From positions 1 through 47,499 of the forward strand of contig CAZVIP010000006.1 of the NCBI GenBank assembly GCA_964627085.1: a stretch of 47,499 nt of DNA. Reading direction: 5' to 3'. Positions 28,183 through 38,539 of this stretch are shown one piece after another (within the stretch, counting starts at the first letter, position 1; each line of letters opens with the position of its first letter). The position numbers and the translations under genes are program-made. A model generated the notes under the pieces. The model did not search any database and was not told the origin of the DNA. It saw only the letters and a program-made list of their open reading frames with translations. Source of the stretch: an uncultured Candidatus Saccharibacteria bacterium (lineage in GTDB: Bacteria > Patescibacteriota > Minisyncoccia > Phycocordibacterales > CAIZLB01).

Positions 28183-29754
28183 CTATTTGTTTGATTCGCT
28201 ATCAGTATCTGATTGGTTTTCTGACTGATGATCAGATTGATTGTCTTCTTTTTTTCGCATCAATGGGAAAATCTGTGCCTCACGAACTGGCTTGCCTTCG
28301 AGGAAACTAAATAGTCTCTCTGAAATACCAAAACCAAATGCTGGTGGCATACCATATTCCATTGCTTCGACATAATCCATATCAGCCATCTGTGCTTCAT
28401 CGTCCCCTGCATCACGGAGTGCCTGCTGTCTCTCGAATCTTTCTTTCTGATCGATTGGATCATTGAGCTCACTGAAGCCTTTACCAACCTCACTACCTGC
28501 GAGGATAATCTGAAAACGCTCCACAACCTCTGGGTTCGTGCGAGATTTCTTGGCAAGAGGTTCGAGATATACTGGGATACCTACTAGAAATCCTGGTCCA
28601 GCGAGTGTCTTGCGAGTTTTTTTCCAGAGTAAATCAACACCACGCTCGACGCTGATTGTTGCTTTGTCATATTCTATCTCGGCATTTTTGAGTGATGCTT
28701 CTACTTCAGCTACAGTTGTGTGCAGTGGATCGACATTGTATGACTCTTTGAGGATTTTGCAGAAATCATATATTGCCCAGTCATCATTCAAGTCGAAAGT
28801 GTGTTCTTTCATTTCGAACTTTGTTTTGCCGTATGTTTTGTGGGCAATAGTTTTGTAGAGGTCTTTAATCATGACCATACCTTTCTCATAATCACTATAT
28901 GCTTCGTAGAATTCCATCTGTGTATAGTCCTGGAGGTGTTCGGCTGACATACCTTCATTTCGGAAAATTCGTCCAATTTCAAAAACCTTTGGAAGGCCGG
29001 CGACGAGGAGTCTCTTTTGCCATAATTCTCCAGCTGAAATTCGAAGATATACATCAATATCGAGTGCATTGTGGTGCGTGATAAAAGGCCGTGCATCTGC
29101 CCCACCTGTTGTGTTCTCAATGACAGGAGTTTCAACTTCGATGAAATCTCTCTCGAGAAGATAGTTTCGGATTGTATTCCAAAAGATTGATCGACGTTTA
29201 ATCATCTCGCGCAATTCTGGATTGAGAATAAGGTCAAGATATCGCTTACGGTATCGCTCGTCTTCGTCTTTGAGACCGAACCATGCATCTGGAACCGGTC
29301 GCAAACTTTTTGATAATAGTCTCCACGATGTTGCCTCGAGACTATTGTGTCCACGCTTAGTGATATATGCGGTACCTGTAAATTCGATGAAGTCACTACT
29401 ATCTACAGCTGAAAAAAGTTCCTCATGCAGACTCTCGCCTTTTACGACATCACCTGCTCCGAGTGATTCAGCGGATACGAATATCTGAACTTTTGCTTGC
29501 GGATTATTTTCTGTTGGAGAAAGAGTACCATCCACGACATCAATGAACCCAGCCTTGCCCTGCTTGCGCATAGACATAATTCGGCCACCAATAGTGACCA
29601 CCTTGCGGTCCTTGTCTAAATCTGCAAAATCAGCCAAAAAGGCTTTGTTTGTGAGTGTTAGATTTGATTCAACTGGAAAAGGAGCAATGCCTTTCGCACT
29701 TAATTCTTGGGCTTTTTTTGCTCGTTCATCGCGTATTTCTTCAATGGATGTCAT
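28183..29754 (-). CDS. lysS: Lysine--tRNA ligase (class II)
   Basis: GRIMSMR..GK, RYRKRYLDL, GGADARPF.THHN, IFRNEG, ELNDP..Q..RF, EYGMPP. Confidence 0.96.
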   Translation of the reverse strand: MTSIEEIRDERAKKAQELSAKGIAPFPVESNLTLTNKAFLADFADLDKDRKVVTIGGRIMSMRKQGKAGFIDVVDGTLSPTENNPQAKVQIFVSAESLGAGDVVKGESLHEELFSAVDSSDFIEFTGTAYITKRGHNSLEATSWRLLSKSLRPVPDAWFGLKDEDERYRKRYLDLILNPELREMIKRRSIFWNTIRNYLLERDFIEVETPVIENTTGGADARPFITHHNALDIDVYLRISAGELWQKRLLVAGLPKVFEIGRIFRNEGMSAEHLQDYTQMEFYEAYSDYEKGMVMIKDLYKTIAHKTYGKTKFEMKEHTFDLNDDWAIYDFCKILKESYNVDPLHTTVAEVEASLKNAEIEYDKATISVERGVDLLWKKTRKTLAGPGFLVGIPVYLEPLAKKSRTNPEVVERFQIILAGSEVGKGFSELNDPIDQKERFERQQALRDAGDDEAQMADMDYVEAMEYGMPPAFGFGISERLFSFLEGKPVREAQIFPLMRKKEDNQSDHQSENQSDTDSESNK

Positions 29755-29814
29755 ATATTGACATGATACTTGAAAAAGCGAAGTTATTCAATGTGGGATT
29801 TCGGCGTGGTCGGT

Positions 29815-30303
29815 TTATTTTCCTTTAGCAAATTTTTTGTAATCCTCCAGACTCTGCATACCTAATTCCCCTCTTAGTTCATCTACATTTTCTACATTCA
29901 GAATTTCTTTGAAAACAATTGTCCCATCTTCGTTTCGGTCGAACTGGGTGCCATATATTTGTGGCTCACCTTTAGACAGTTGTACTTTGTCAATAAAGTA
30001 CGCTTTGTGTTCAAGATCAATTAATTCCTCGCTATCAATATCTTTAAATGACGCCTCAAATTTTTCTAAGTTATCAGGCGATGTGTGCAGTGCCAATGTA
30101 ACCGCTTTTTTATACAGATCATGCGGTACTTTATTTTTATATGGAAAACCATATGCCTCGACCATACTTAGAAATTCCTGGGTGTTTTCTTCTTGTCTTT
30201 TGATAAGTTCAGTGATATCGATCTTTTTTTCTTTGAAAAGACCAATTGTTTTTTGGTCTTGTTCAAAAAGGGCTTGGAGTTTGGTTATTAGTTCGGGTTG
30301 CAT
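29815..30303 (-). CDS. DUF6624-like protein
   Basis: DQ...N, AYFIDK, PQIYGTQF and VDELRGELGM..LEDY patterns recalled for this family. Confidence 0.65.
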   Translation of the reverse strand: MQPELITKLQALFEQDQKTIGLFKEKKIDITELIKRQEENTQEFLSMVEAYGFPYKNKVPHDLYKKAVTLALHTSPDNLEKFEASFKDIDSEELIDLEHKAYFIDKVQLSKGEPQIYGTQFDRNEDGTIVFKEILNVENVDELRGELGMQSLEDYKKFAKGK

Positions 30304-30340
30304 TAGATATTTCGATATGTTCGTAAGACGTAGTGCCTAG

Positions 30341-31462
30341 CTATATATTTCTGAGCTGTTCGTACAACTTCCTCTGATCTTTTGAAAGTTTATGTGGAAT
30401 ATTGATATTAATTTTGAGCATTAGGTCACCTCTTGAGACGTGCTTATTTGTCTGATAGTTGTTTTGATGTGGTACACCCTTGCCTTTTATGCGGAGTATT
30501 TCTCCATGGCTAATTCCCTCTGGAATTTTGACTGTGAAGTTTTCATCGAGGTGTTCGAACTTTGCTTCACCACCAAGTACTGCATCGGGGATTGATATGT
30601 TTATATCAGCATACAGATCATGTCCTTGCTTCTTGAATTTATTATCTTTTTTGACATAAATTTTGATATACAAATCGCCGTTTTCACCACCAACAATAGC
30701 TTCGCCTTTTGCGCGGACGCGGAGGGTCTCACCTGACTCGATTCCGGCAGGGATAACTACTTGTATGTCTTCTCTTTTTTCATGAATACCTTTGCCTTTG
30801 CAAGTCTTACATTTTGTTTTTGGAATTTTCCCTGTACCGTGACAATTATCACATGTGACAACATTCTCCACGACGCCGAGTATTGTGCGCTGTTGTTTAA
30901 TTGTTTGACCTTTACCATTACATGTCCCACAAGTATTTAGTTCAGTGCCTGGCTCGGCCATTGTTCCATTGCAATGTGTACAGGTAGAATTTTTGGTCAA
31001 AGAGATTTCCTTATCCACACCAAAAACCGAATCTTTAAATGAGAGCTCAATATCAACTTGGATATCCCTACCTTTTTTTGGTCCACGAGATTGTCCTCTA
31101 CGTCCCCCACCTCCGAACACTGAACCGAATATATCCCCCAGGTCAAATTCAAATCCACCTTGCTGACCACCTTGTCCACCGAAACCAAAACCACTAAAGT
31201 CAAAGCCTTCAAACCCACCGAAACCACCCTGTCCACCACCAAACCCTGCTCCTGGTCCCGCACTGCCGAATTGGTCATACTGTGCGCGTTTTTTTTCATC
31301 ACTCAAAACTCCATAGGCCTCATTTGCCTCTTTGAATTTTGCTTCATTGCCTCCTTGTTTGTCGGGATGGTGTTGGTGTGCGAGTTTTCGGAATGCTTTT
31401 TTGATTTCATCTTGTGATGCGGTTTTTTCGACTCCAAGAATTTTATAATAGTCTTTGCTCAT
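30341..31462 (-). CDS. dnaJ: Chaperone DnaJ
   Basis: J domain with HPD, G/F-rich region, four CxxCxGxG-type repeats. Confidence 0.97.
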   Translation of the reverse strand: MSKDYYKILGVEKTASQDEIKKAFRKLAHQHHPDKQGGNEAKFKEANEAYGVLSDEKKRAQYDQFGSAGPGAGFGGGQGGFGGFEGFDFSGFGFGGQGGQQGGFEFDLGDIFGSVFGGGGRRGQSRGPKKGRDIQVDIELSFKDSVFGVDKEISLTKNSTCTHCNGTMAEPGTELNTCGTCNGKGQTIKQQRTILGVVENVVTCDNCHGTGKIPKTKCKTCKGKGIHEKREDIQVVIPAGIESGETLRVRAKGEAIVGGENGDLYIKIYVKKDNKFKKQGHDLYADINISIPDAVLGGEAKFEHLDENFTVKIPEGISHGEILRIKGKGVPHQNNYQTNKHVSRGDLMLKININIPHKLSKDQRKLYEQLRNI

Positions 31463-31519
31463 GCTTGTTTTGGTTATGTGGGGTTATAAATTTATTTGTT
31501 TGATATTGCGAGCACGTTC

Positions 31520-31584
31520 TGCAATTGAGTATCTGCCAAGTTTGGTGCTTTTGCCAAGCTTAGTACTTGGCGGTACTCAATTGC
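31520..31584. repeat. Long inverted repeat between dnaK and dnaJ
   Basis: tgcaattgagta..tgccaagt / acttggcg.tactcaattgca, about 20 bp paired. Confidence 0.75.
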
Positions 31585-31656
31585 ATTCCTACTCACAGAT
31601 TATTGGTCGATTTTGTCGACGGGTCTGATACCGTGGCTGGCTCAAAATGCTTCTAA

Positions 31657-33576
31657 CTATTTTGTTTCAGCGTCACGAACATTTCCTTCGGCACTAGCGT
31701 CTCCTGTTGGAGCGTCGCCGTTTGGTGCACTCTCAGTATTTGCTGTTCCGGCATTTGCGGCCTGAGCAGCTTTCATTGCAGCTTCACCAAATTTCATGAG
31801 GTCTGCTGAGACTTCCTCAGTTGCCTTTTTGATTGCTTCTACATCTGTGCCGTCTTTTGCGGTTTTGAGCGCTGCGATTTTGGCCTCGAGATTTGTAGCG
31901 AGCTCTGGCTGTGTGGCTGTAAGTTTTTCTTTGTGATCCTTGAGTTCTTTTTCTGCTGAATATATTGCATGGTCCGCTGTGTTTCGAACTTCAATTTCTT
32001 CTTTTTTGAGTTTGTCTGAGGCTTCATTTGCTTCAGCGTCTTTTTTCATTCGCTCGATATCAGCATCAGTTAGACCTGAGCTTGCTTCGATACGGATTGA
32101 TTGCTCTTTGTTTGTAGCTTTGTCCTTCGCTTTTACATTGAGAATACCGTTCGCATCAACATCAAATGTTACCTCGATCTGTGGAAGGCCTCGTGGTGCA
32201 GTTGGAATTCCATCTAGGATAAAGCGCCCGAGAGACTTATTGTCTGCTGCCATTGCGCGCTCACCTTGTACGATATGAATTTCTACAGATGTTTGACCGT
32301 CTGCTGCAGTTGAGAATACCTGAGATTTTGATGATGGAATTGTTGTGTTTTTCTCAACAAGTTTAGTTGCAACACCTCCCATTGTTTCGATACCAAGAGA
32401 AAGTGGGATTACATCGAGGAGCAAGATATCTTTTACGTCTCCGGCGATAATACCTCCCTGGATAGCAGCACCGAGCGCCACTACTTCGTCTGGGTTAATA
32501 GACTTGTTTGGCTCACGATTAAAGAATGCTTTTACCTTTTCATGGATAAGTGGCATTCTAGTCTGACCTCCGACGAGAACTACTTCATTGATATCAGTAG
32601 CCTTAAATGGTGAGGCTTCGAGTGCGCGCTTAGTGATCTGCATTGCTCGCTCTACGAATTCATCAGCAAGTTCTTCGAGCTTTGATCGTGTAATTTTCAT
32701 TACCAAGTGTTTTGGACCATTTGCGTCAGAAGTGATGAATGGAATATTGATTTCGGTTTCAGCTGATGTTGAAAGCTCAATCTTTGCTTTTTCAGCAGCT
32801 TCATCGAGTCTTTGCATTGCAAGTGCATCATTTCGTACATTGATGCCACTTTCCTTTTTAAACTCTTCTGCAATCCAATTAAGGACCTTGTAGTCGATGT
32901 CTCGACCTCCAAGTCTGTGGTCACCGTCTGTTGATTTCACTTCTACGACTTCATCTCCGACTTCGAGGATAGAGATATCGAAAGTACCTCCACCAAAGTC
33001 AAATACTGCAATTTTTTCATCTTTCTTTTTATTGAACCCGTATGCAAGAGCTGCGGCTGTTGGTTCATTAATGATTCTTTTCACATCAAGACCTGCGATT
33101 TTACCGGCATCTTTTGTCGCCTGTCTTTGTGCATCGTTAAAATATGCAGGTACTGTGATGATTGCCTCTGTAACTTTCTCACCAAGCTTTGCTTCTGCGT
33201 CATTTTTGATTTTAGTCAAAATCATCGCTGAGACTTCTTCAGGGCTATATTCTTTGTCACCGAGTTTAATCATGACGCCTCCATTTGATGCTTTTGTGAC
33301 ATCGTATGGAACTGTCTTTTTGTCTTCCTGTACACCTGATTCGTCAAAACTATGTCCGATGAATCGCTTGATTCCATAGACTGTGTTTTTTGGATTTGTA
33401 ACTGCCTGTCTTTTTGCAAGAAGACCTACAAGTCTTTCGTTTGTTTTTGAGATTGCAACAATAGAAGGGGTTGTGCGTGATCCCTCTGTGTTTTCGAGGA
33501 TTCGTGGGTCACCTGCTTCCATTACAGCCACTGCTGAGTTTGTTGTACCTAAGTCGATACCGATTATTTTTGCCAT
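31657..33576 (-). CDS. dnaK: Chaperone DnaK (Hsp70)
   Basis: [32 protein letters not shown]. Confidence 0.98.
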   Translation of the reverse strand: MAKIIGIDLGTTNSAVAVMEAGDPRILENTEGSRTTPSIVAISKTNERLVGLLAKRQAVTNPKNTVYGIKRFIGHSFDESGVQEDKKTVPYDVTKASNGGVMIKLGDKEYSPEEVSAMILTKIKNDAEAKLGEKVTEAIITVPAYFNDAQRQATKDAGKIAGLDVKRIINEPTAAALAYGFNKKKDEKIAVFDFGGGTFDISILEVGDEVVEVKSTDGDHRLGGRDIDYKVLNWIAEEFKKESGINVRNDALAMQRLDEAAEKAKIELSTSAETEINIPFITSDANGPKHLVMKITRSKLEELADEFVERAMQITKRALEASPFKATDINEVVLVGGQTRMPLIHEKVKAFFNREPNKSINPDEVVALGAAIQGGIIAGDVKDILLLDVIPLSLGIETMGGVATKLVEKNTTIPSSKSQVFSTAADGQTSVEIHIVQGERAMAADNKSLGRFILDGIPTAPRGLPQIEVTFDVDANGILNVKAKDKATNKEQSIRIEASSGLTDADIERMKKDAEANEASDKLKKEEIEVRNTADHAIYSAEKELKDHKEKLTATQPELATNLEAKIAALKTAKDGTDVEAIKKATEEVSADLMKFGEAAMKAAQAANAGTANTESAPNGDAPTGDASAEGNVRDAETK

Positions 33577-33651
33577 ATATGTTTGTATTATGCATTTTCT
33601 CTTTATCTAAAATAATAAGAGAAAATACGTGGTTAATTAATAGTTTGAATA

Positions 33652-34194
33652 TTAACCTAATACAGACGGCGCTCTTGGACTAGTACCTGTTATATATATT
33701 GAAAAAGAGATTCTCCCTACAGACCTCGCGACAATTGATGATTCAACTGAGTGAGGTTGATCGATTGGATTTGCTACTGTGCGAGATGCAATAGCGGACA
33801 CGACTGATGTTTCTGTCGCCTCACCTAAGGCAGATAATTGTACTGTTGGTCTACCTGTGATTTTTGCAACAAATTGATCCGCGATTGTATTTTCAATCAC
33901 AAGACGATCTGAAGAACTGATTGATGAAATAGCTCTGTCTTGGTTATTGACTGAGTCTATGTGGCCTGTCTCTGTAAGTTTAGCTTCGAGCTTGAGTGTT
34001 GTTGACTCAATCTGTGAGGAGAAATTTGTAGCTGTGCCTGTGCGAGCTTCTGCAACTTTTTGGACACTGAGGACAACCGGACGTACCCTGCCGTCTGCCT
34101 GTGGAGCCAAGAATAAGACGATAACAAAGAGCACCAGACCAATCTGGACAAAAATCATCGTTATGCATCCATATTGTTTTCGCTCTACAATCAT
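33652..34194 (-). CDS. Membrane-anchored S/T/A-rich hypothetical protein ending ...SPRAPSVLG
   Basis: N-terminal TM (IFVQIGLVLFVIVLFLA); TGgTATAAT upstream; lies between grpE and dnaK. Confidence 0.7.
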   Translation of the reverse strand: MIVERKQYGCITMIFVQIGLVLFVIVLFLAPQADGRVRPVVLSVQKVAEARTGTATNFSSQIESTTLKLEAKLTETGHIDSVNNQDRAISSISSSDRLVIENTIADQFVAKITGRPTVQLSALGEATETSVVSAIASRTVANPIDQPHSVESSIVARSVGRISFSIYITGTSPRAPSVLG

Positions 34195-34300
34195 GTTTAT
34201 TTTATAAATTAATTATACCATTTCTGTCAAGATTTACGTGGGTTCTTGGGCGGATCTTGAGACAGGTGGGGTTGGATAGTCTGCTGTATATTAATACGTA

Positions 34301-34969
34301 CTAAGCCTGAAAAACTTTCACCATGGCAGGTCTAATGACCTTGTCCCCTGACTTATATCCAAGCTGCATAATGTCTGAAACGGTGTGGTCTTTGGCATCC
34401 CCCGTTAAAGGTGTACTTCCGATAGCTTGGTGTAGATTTGGATTAAAGTCCTCACCTATAGTTCCTATGGCTTCAACATTGTATTTTTTGAGAACTGATT
34501 TGAATTGGTTGTAGATGAGAGACATTCCTGTTGTGTCTTTGTCCTCTGTAGTAGGTTGACCTGCAGTGTGCCTTAGCGCAGATTCAAAACTATCGATAAC
34601 AGGGAGCATATCCTCTACAAAGTTGACGTGTGCAAATTTAATATAATCAGCTTTTGCTTCCTCGTCGCGCTTACGTGCATTGATGAATTCCGCCTTGTCC
34701 CTCTGCCAGTTATCGAGGTATTGCTGTTTTTCTGATTTTAATTTTTCAATCTCTGACTTGAGTTTTGCAACCTTGGCTGCTGCATCAGGAGCATTGTTCT
34801 CTCTAGTCTCAGCATCTTGCTCAAAAGTGATATCATCCTCAGCGTCCTGGTCTGCATCATCCAAATCCAAGACCTGCTCAGTTGCAGTGTCTGAATTTAT
34901 GTCGTCAGCTGTTGTCATATCATCTGTTGGATTTTGATTGCTTTGTAGATTTTGATCGTCTTGTACCAT
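34301..34969 (-). CDS. grpE: Nucleotide exchange factor GrpE
   Basis: QRDKAEFINARKR, LPVIDSF, FNPNLHQAI, GY..GDKVIRPAMVKV. Confidence 0.96.
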   Translation of the reverse strand: MVQDDQNLQSNQNPTDDMTTADDINSDTATEQVLDLDDADQDAEDDITFEQDAETRENNAPDAAAKVAKLKSEIEKLKSEKQQYLDNWQRDKAEFINARKRDEEAKADYIKFAHVNFVEDMLPVIDSFESALRHTAGQPTTEDKDTTGMSLIYNQFKSVLKKYNVEAIGTIGEDFNPNLHQAIGSTPLTGDAKDHTVSDIMQLGYKSGDKVIRPAMVKVFQA

Positions 34970-35083
34970 AGTGTGTTGTATTTTAATTGATAGTTCGAAT
35001 TATGCAAGTATTAGGTTAATTTCCCATAAACTAAAGATAAAATCGCACAGCAGACAACCAGAAAGCACACCGACATCACTAAA

Positions 35084-35113
35084 ACAAAAACACCCCTTGC
35101 GGAGTGTTTTTGT
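35084..35113 (-). terminator. Terminator of the ribosomal protein operon
   Basis: Minus strand acaaaaacactcc-GCAA-ggggtgtttttgttt. Confidence 0.75.
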
Positions 35114-35134
35114 AAAAACAATGTGATTTTGCGT

Positions 35135-35297
35135 AAAAGCAGTTTTGTTACTTTAACGCTTAGGTCACAGATAATTTCTTCGCCGTCGCTCAGAAATTTC
35201 TGCGACCCCGCCTCACGTGTTTTGCCTGCTGGCAAAACATCGCTCCGGCTGTCTCAGCTGATAAAGTAACAAAAGCAGTTTTGTTACTTTATCGCTT
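35135..35297. repeat. 27-nt direct repeat (1 mismatch) including the rpsI 3' end, enclosing a multi-hairpin segment
   Basis: aaaagcagttttgttactttaNcgctt at 35135-35161 and 35271-35297. Confidence 0.8.
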
Positions 35298-35690
35298 CGA
35301 CCACTGTGGAGCCTTTCGGGCTTTCTTGAGACCGAACTTTCTTCGTTCTTTTGCTCGCTGGTCTCGTGTAAGGAAACCTGCTTTTTTGAGCTCAGCTCGA
35401 AGTGTAGGATCGAATTTTTCGAGAGCACGAGCGATGCCGTGTCGTACAGCTTCAGACTGTGAACTTGTACCTGAGCCATTTACATGGACTGTGATATCAA
35501 ATTTTTGGTCTTTTGCAAATTCTGTTGCTACAGATTCAATTGCTTTCTTCTGTAGGTCTTCAGTTTTGAAATATCCTGCAAGTTCGAGATCATTGATCTT
35601 GATTGATGACTTAGTTGAAGGTGTGATACGAACTCTCGCGACTGCTGTTTTTCGTCTTCCGATACCTTCAAAATATGTTGATGTTGACAT
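35289..35690 (-). CDS. rpsI: 30S ribosomal protein S9
   Basis: GRRKTAVARV, LTRD.RAKERRKFGLKKARKAPQWSKR. Confidence 0.98.
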   Translation of the reverse strand: MSTSTYFEGIGRRKTAVARVRITPSTKSSIKINDLELAGYFKTEDLQKKAIESVATEFAKDQKFDITVHVNGSGTSSQSEAVRHGIARALEKFDPTLRAELKKAGFLTRDQRAKERRKFGLKKARKAPQWSKR

Positions 35691-35693
35691 ATA

Positions 35694-36041
35694 TTATGCA
35701 GTAATTTTTAGATGAGTAAGCATTCGAGCCTTGAGTTTGTTGTCTGGGAGCATACCTTTGACCGCTCGTTTGAGGGCTTCAGTGTGTCCTTTTCTGTCAA
35801 TCAATGCATCGAGAGTTTCGACCCTTTGTCCACCTGGATAACCAGAGTATGTGCGGTATGTTTTTCCAGATTTTCGAACTGGTGACAGTTCCATCTTTGA
35901 AGCGTTGATAACTTCAACTTCAACATCAGCAACATCGTTTCTCTGAAACGCAGGTGTGTTTTTGCCCATAAGTATGATAGCAATTTCAGTTGCTACTCTA
36001 CCTAGTTTTTTATTTTGAGCGTCAATTACTTGTTTTGTCAT
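35694..36041 (-). CDS. rplM: 50S ribosomal protein L13 (short form)
   Basis: IDA...LGRVAT, SGYPGG, AVKGMLP. Confidence 0.95.
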   Translation of the reverse strand: MTKQVIDAQNKKLGRVATEIAIILMGKNTPAFQRNDVADVEVEVINASKMELSPVRKSGKTYRTYSGYPGGQRVETLDALIDRKGHTEALKRAVKGMLPDNKLKARMLTHLKITA

Positions 36042-36064
36042 GATAGTACTTTATTGATGAAATG

Positions 36065-36415
36065 TTATACGAGTTCAATCGCAGCCATTTTGCTACCATC
36101 AGATGGTCGCCTATCTAGCTTGATGATTCGTGTATAGCCACCTGCTCGACCTTCATACTTAGGTGCAACAATTTTGATAAGTTTTGGAACGATTGGGTTA
36201 TTACCAAGCTTGGCAGTTACAGTTCGTGTCGCTGCTACTGATTGTTCTCTTGCGATAGTAATCAATTCTTCAGCGAACGGTCTTACTTCCTTTGCCTTTG
36301 CTTCGGTAGTGACGATTCTTCCGTGTAAGAAGAGTTCACGAGCCAAAGAGCGCAAAAGAGCACGTCTTTGATTTCTTTCTCGTCCGAATTTTCGGTTTGA
36401 ATTATGGTGTCTCAT
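36065..36415 (-). CDS. rplQ: 50S ribosomal protein L17
   Basis: MRH...RKFGR, TTEAKAKE, GGYTRIIK. Confidence 0.98.
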   Translation of the reverse strand: MRHHNSNRKFGRERNQRRALLRSLARELFLHGRIVTTEAKAKEVRPFAEELITIAREQSVAATRTVTAKLGNNPIVPKLIKIVAPKYEGRAGGYTRIIKLDRRPSDGSKMAAIELV

Positions 36416-36441
36416 AGTAATTTCTTTATTTGGCTATAGTG

Positions 36442-37413
36442 CTATGCCTTGAGTGATAAGCCAAGCGTTTCTAAAATCGACTTTATTTCATCGAGTCCTT
36501 TCTGGCCGAGACCAGCAAGATCAAGGATGTCCTCTTCTTTTTTTCGAATAAGACCTCCAACAGTTCGAATGTTTGCATTTACGAGAGCATTTGCAGTTCT
36601 CTGTGACATATCAAGTGACTCGATTCTTGTCTTGAGGACATCATCGAGAGCTTCTTTGTCTGCATGGTTTTCTTCTGTAGGGATTGAATTGATTTCTGAT
36701 TTAACTGAAATAATTTCCTCTTCCTTAAAGCCGATAATTGCTTTGAGCTGAGTAATCATGATTTCAATTGATTTTTCAAGAGCATCCTTTGGTGAGATAG
36801 TACCGTCAGTTTGAATCATAAGCTTGAGCTTATTGAAATCTGTTCGGTCGCCAACTCGCATCTGTTCTACATCGTAGTTTGCCTGGAGTATTGGAGAGAA
36901 GATAGCATCAAGACTGATTGCGCCAATTTCAACTCGGTCCTTGTGGATGAGTTCTTTTGGAACAAAGCCGATACCTTTCTCAATTGTGATTTCCATCTCA
37001 ATTTCAGTACTCGCATTTGTGATAGTAAAGAGGTGCTGTTCTGGGTTTGCAACAGTAACTTGTCCAGGGACTTTGATATCCGCAGCTGTTACTGACTGTG
37101 CACCCTTGATCTTGATTGTCGCTGTCTGATTTTCATCAGATGAAACAAGAAATCGAACTTTTTTAAGGTTCAAAAGGATTGTTAATACATCCTCTTTTAC
37201 ACCGTTGATAGTTGTAAATTCATGACCTACGCCTTCAATTTTTACTACTGTGATAGCTGCACCCGGTAGTGAAGAAAGAATGATTCTTCGGAGTGAGTTA
37301 CCAAGAGTGTGGCCATAGCCTGGGTAAAGACCGTCAATTTCAAAATGTCCAAGAGTTGGTGTCTCTTTGATAACTTTTGGCTTTGATGGTAATAGGATTG
37401 ATGTTTCTGACAT
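36442..37413 (-). CDS. rpoA: RNA polymerase subunit alpha
   Basis: GYGHTLGNSLRRIILSSLPGAA, DAIFSP, alpha-CTD. Confidence 0.98.
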   Translation of the reverse strand: MSETSILLPSKPKVIKETPTLGHFEIDGLYPGYGHTLGNSLRRIILSSLPGAAITVVKIEGVGHEFTTINGVKEDVLTILLNLKKVRFLVSSDENQTATIKIKGAQSVTAADIKVPGQVTVANPEQHLFTITNASTEIEMEITIEKGIGFVPKELIHKDRVEIGAISLDAIFSPILQANYDVEQMRVGDRTDFNKLKLMIQTDGTISPKDALEKSIEIMITQLKAIIGFKEEEIISVKSEINSIPTEENHADKEALDDVLKTRIESLDMSQRTANALVNANIRTVGGLIRKKEEDILDLAGLGQKGLDEIKSILETLGLSLKA

Positions 37414-37431
37414 GGAGTGTACGTTAAATTA

Positions 37432-38037
37432 TTATCGTTTATAAAATTCCAACACTGCACCTAAATCGAACAGCAATTCCTGACCTTCAAGAGTAGGCAA
37501 TCGGAGGAGTGATCCTGATTTTCGTTCATTGTTCCAAGTAACCCAAGATGGGATCTGGACATCCTTGAGCTTCTGCTCAATAACGTCGAAGATCTTGTTT
37601 CCGGCACTTCCTGCACGGATACCAACCTGGTCTCCTGGCTTAACCATAAATGATGGAATAGTTACCTTTCTACCATTCACAGTAATGTGACCGTGAGCTA
37701 CAACCTGACGAGCAAATCTACGAGTAGATACGAGACCTAATCTCCAGACCATGTTATCAAGTCTTGTCTCAAGTCTTTCAAATAATTTAAGAGTTGGCTG
37801 ATGTGACCTACTTTCAATTACTTCATTTACATATCGGCTGAACTGTTTTTCAGAAATACCGTACATAAATCTAACTTTCTGTTTTTCGAGGAGCTGTTTT
37901 GCAAACTCACTCTTTGGACCGCCTCTTCGTCCTCCTTTCTTTTCCCCGATCTGGGCCTTAAACTTTGCAGTTTGAGTTTTTTCGAAAATTGGAGCTCCGA
38001 GTCGTCGCGCAATTTTATACTTTGGACCTAATTTCAT
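37432..38037 (-). CDS. rpsD: 30S ribosomal protein S4
   Basis: GPKYKIARRLG, EKQK, LETRLDN, ARQ.V.HGH. Confidence 0.98.
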   Translation of the reverse strand: MKLGPKYKIARRLGAPIFEKTQTAKFKAQIGEKKGGRRGGPKSEFAKQLLEKQKVRFMYGISEKQFSRYVNEVIESRSHQPTLKLFERLETRLDNMVWRLGLVSTRRFARQVVAHGHITVNGRKVTIPSFMVKPGDQVGIRAGSAGNKIFDVIEQKLKDVQIPSWVTWNNERKSGSLLRLPTLEGQELLFDLGAVLEFYKR

Positions 38038-38102
38038 AATATTTTTATAATGCTGTGGTAAGACTTTTTTTCTATTGATGATCTAAAATCCCCAAGGGGC
38101 TT

Positions 38103-38528
38103 TTAGACGCGTCTTGGCTTCTTTGGCTTTGGACCATTGTGAGGAACACCAGTAGTGTCCTTAATTGATGTAAGACCGAAACCTTTTGCAATAAATGCAC
38201 GAGCTACTGATTCTCGACCAGAACCAACACCTTTGATAACGACTGAAATTTCTTTGACACCCATGGCTGCTGCTTTTTCGGCGAGAACCTCACCTACTTT
38301 AGCGGCTGCATATGGAGTACCCTTTTTTGCACCCTTAAAACCAAGTGATCCTGTAGAAGACCAAGCAACTACATTACCTTTTGAGTCTGTAAGGACTGCC
38401 TTTGTGTTGTTGTATGTTGACTGAATATTCAAAATAGCAACATCAAGCTTTCTTTTTGAACTTGATGAAGATCCTTTTTTACTACCCGAGTCAGCGTTTC
38501 CGCCTGAGGCGATTCTTTTCTTTCCCAT
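38103..38528 (-). CDS. rpsK: 30S ribosomal protein S11
   Basis: STYNNT, GFKGAKKGTPYAA, PHNGPKPKKPRRV. Confidence 0.98.
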   Translation of the reverse strand: MGKKRIASGGNADSGSKKGSSSSSKRKLDVAILNIQSTYNNTKAVLTDSKGNVVAWSSTGSLGFKGAKKGTPYAAAKVGEVLAEKAAAMGVKEISVVIKGVGSGRESVARAFIAKGFGLTSIKDTTGVPHNGPKPKKPRRV

Positions 38529-38539
38529 AATATTACGGA

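Noticed and set aside
34970-35130. CIRCE/HrcA operator upstream of grpE-dnaK-dnaJ
   Set aside because: No TTAGCACTC-N9-GAGTGCTAA and no hrcA in the window; the inverted repeat present is a GCAA-loop terminator.
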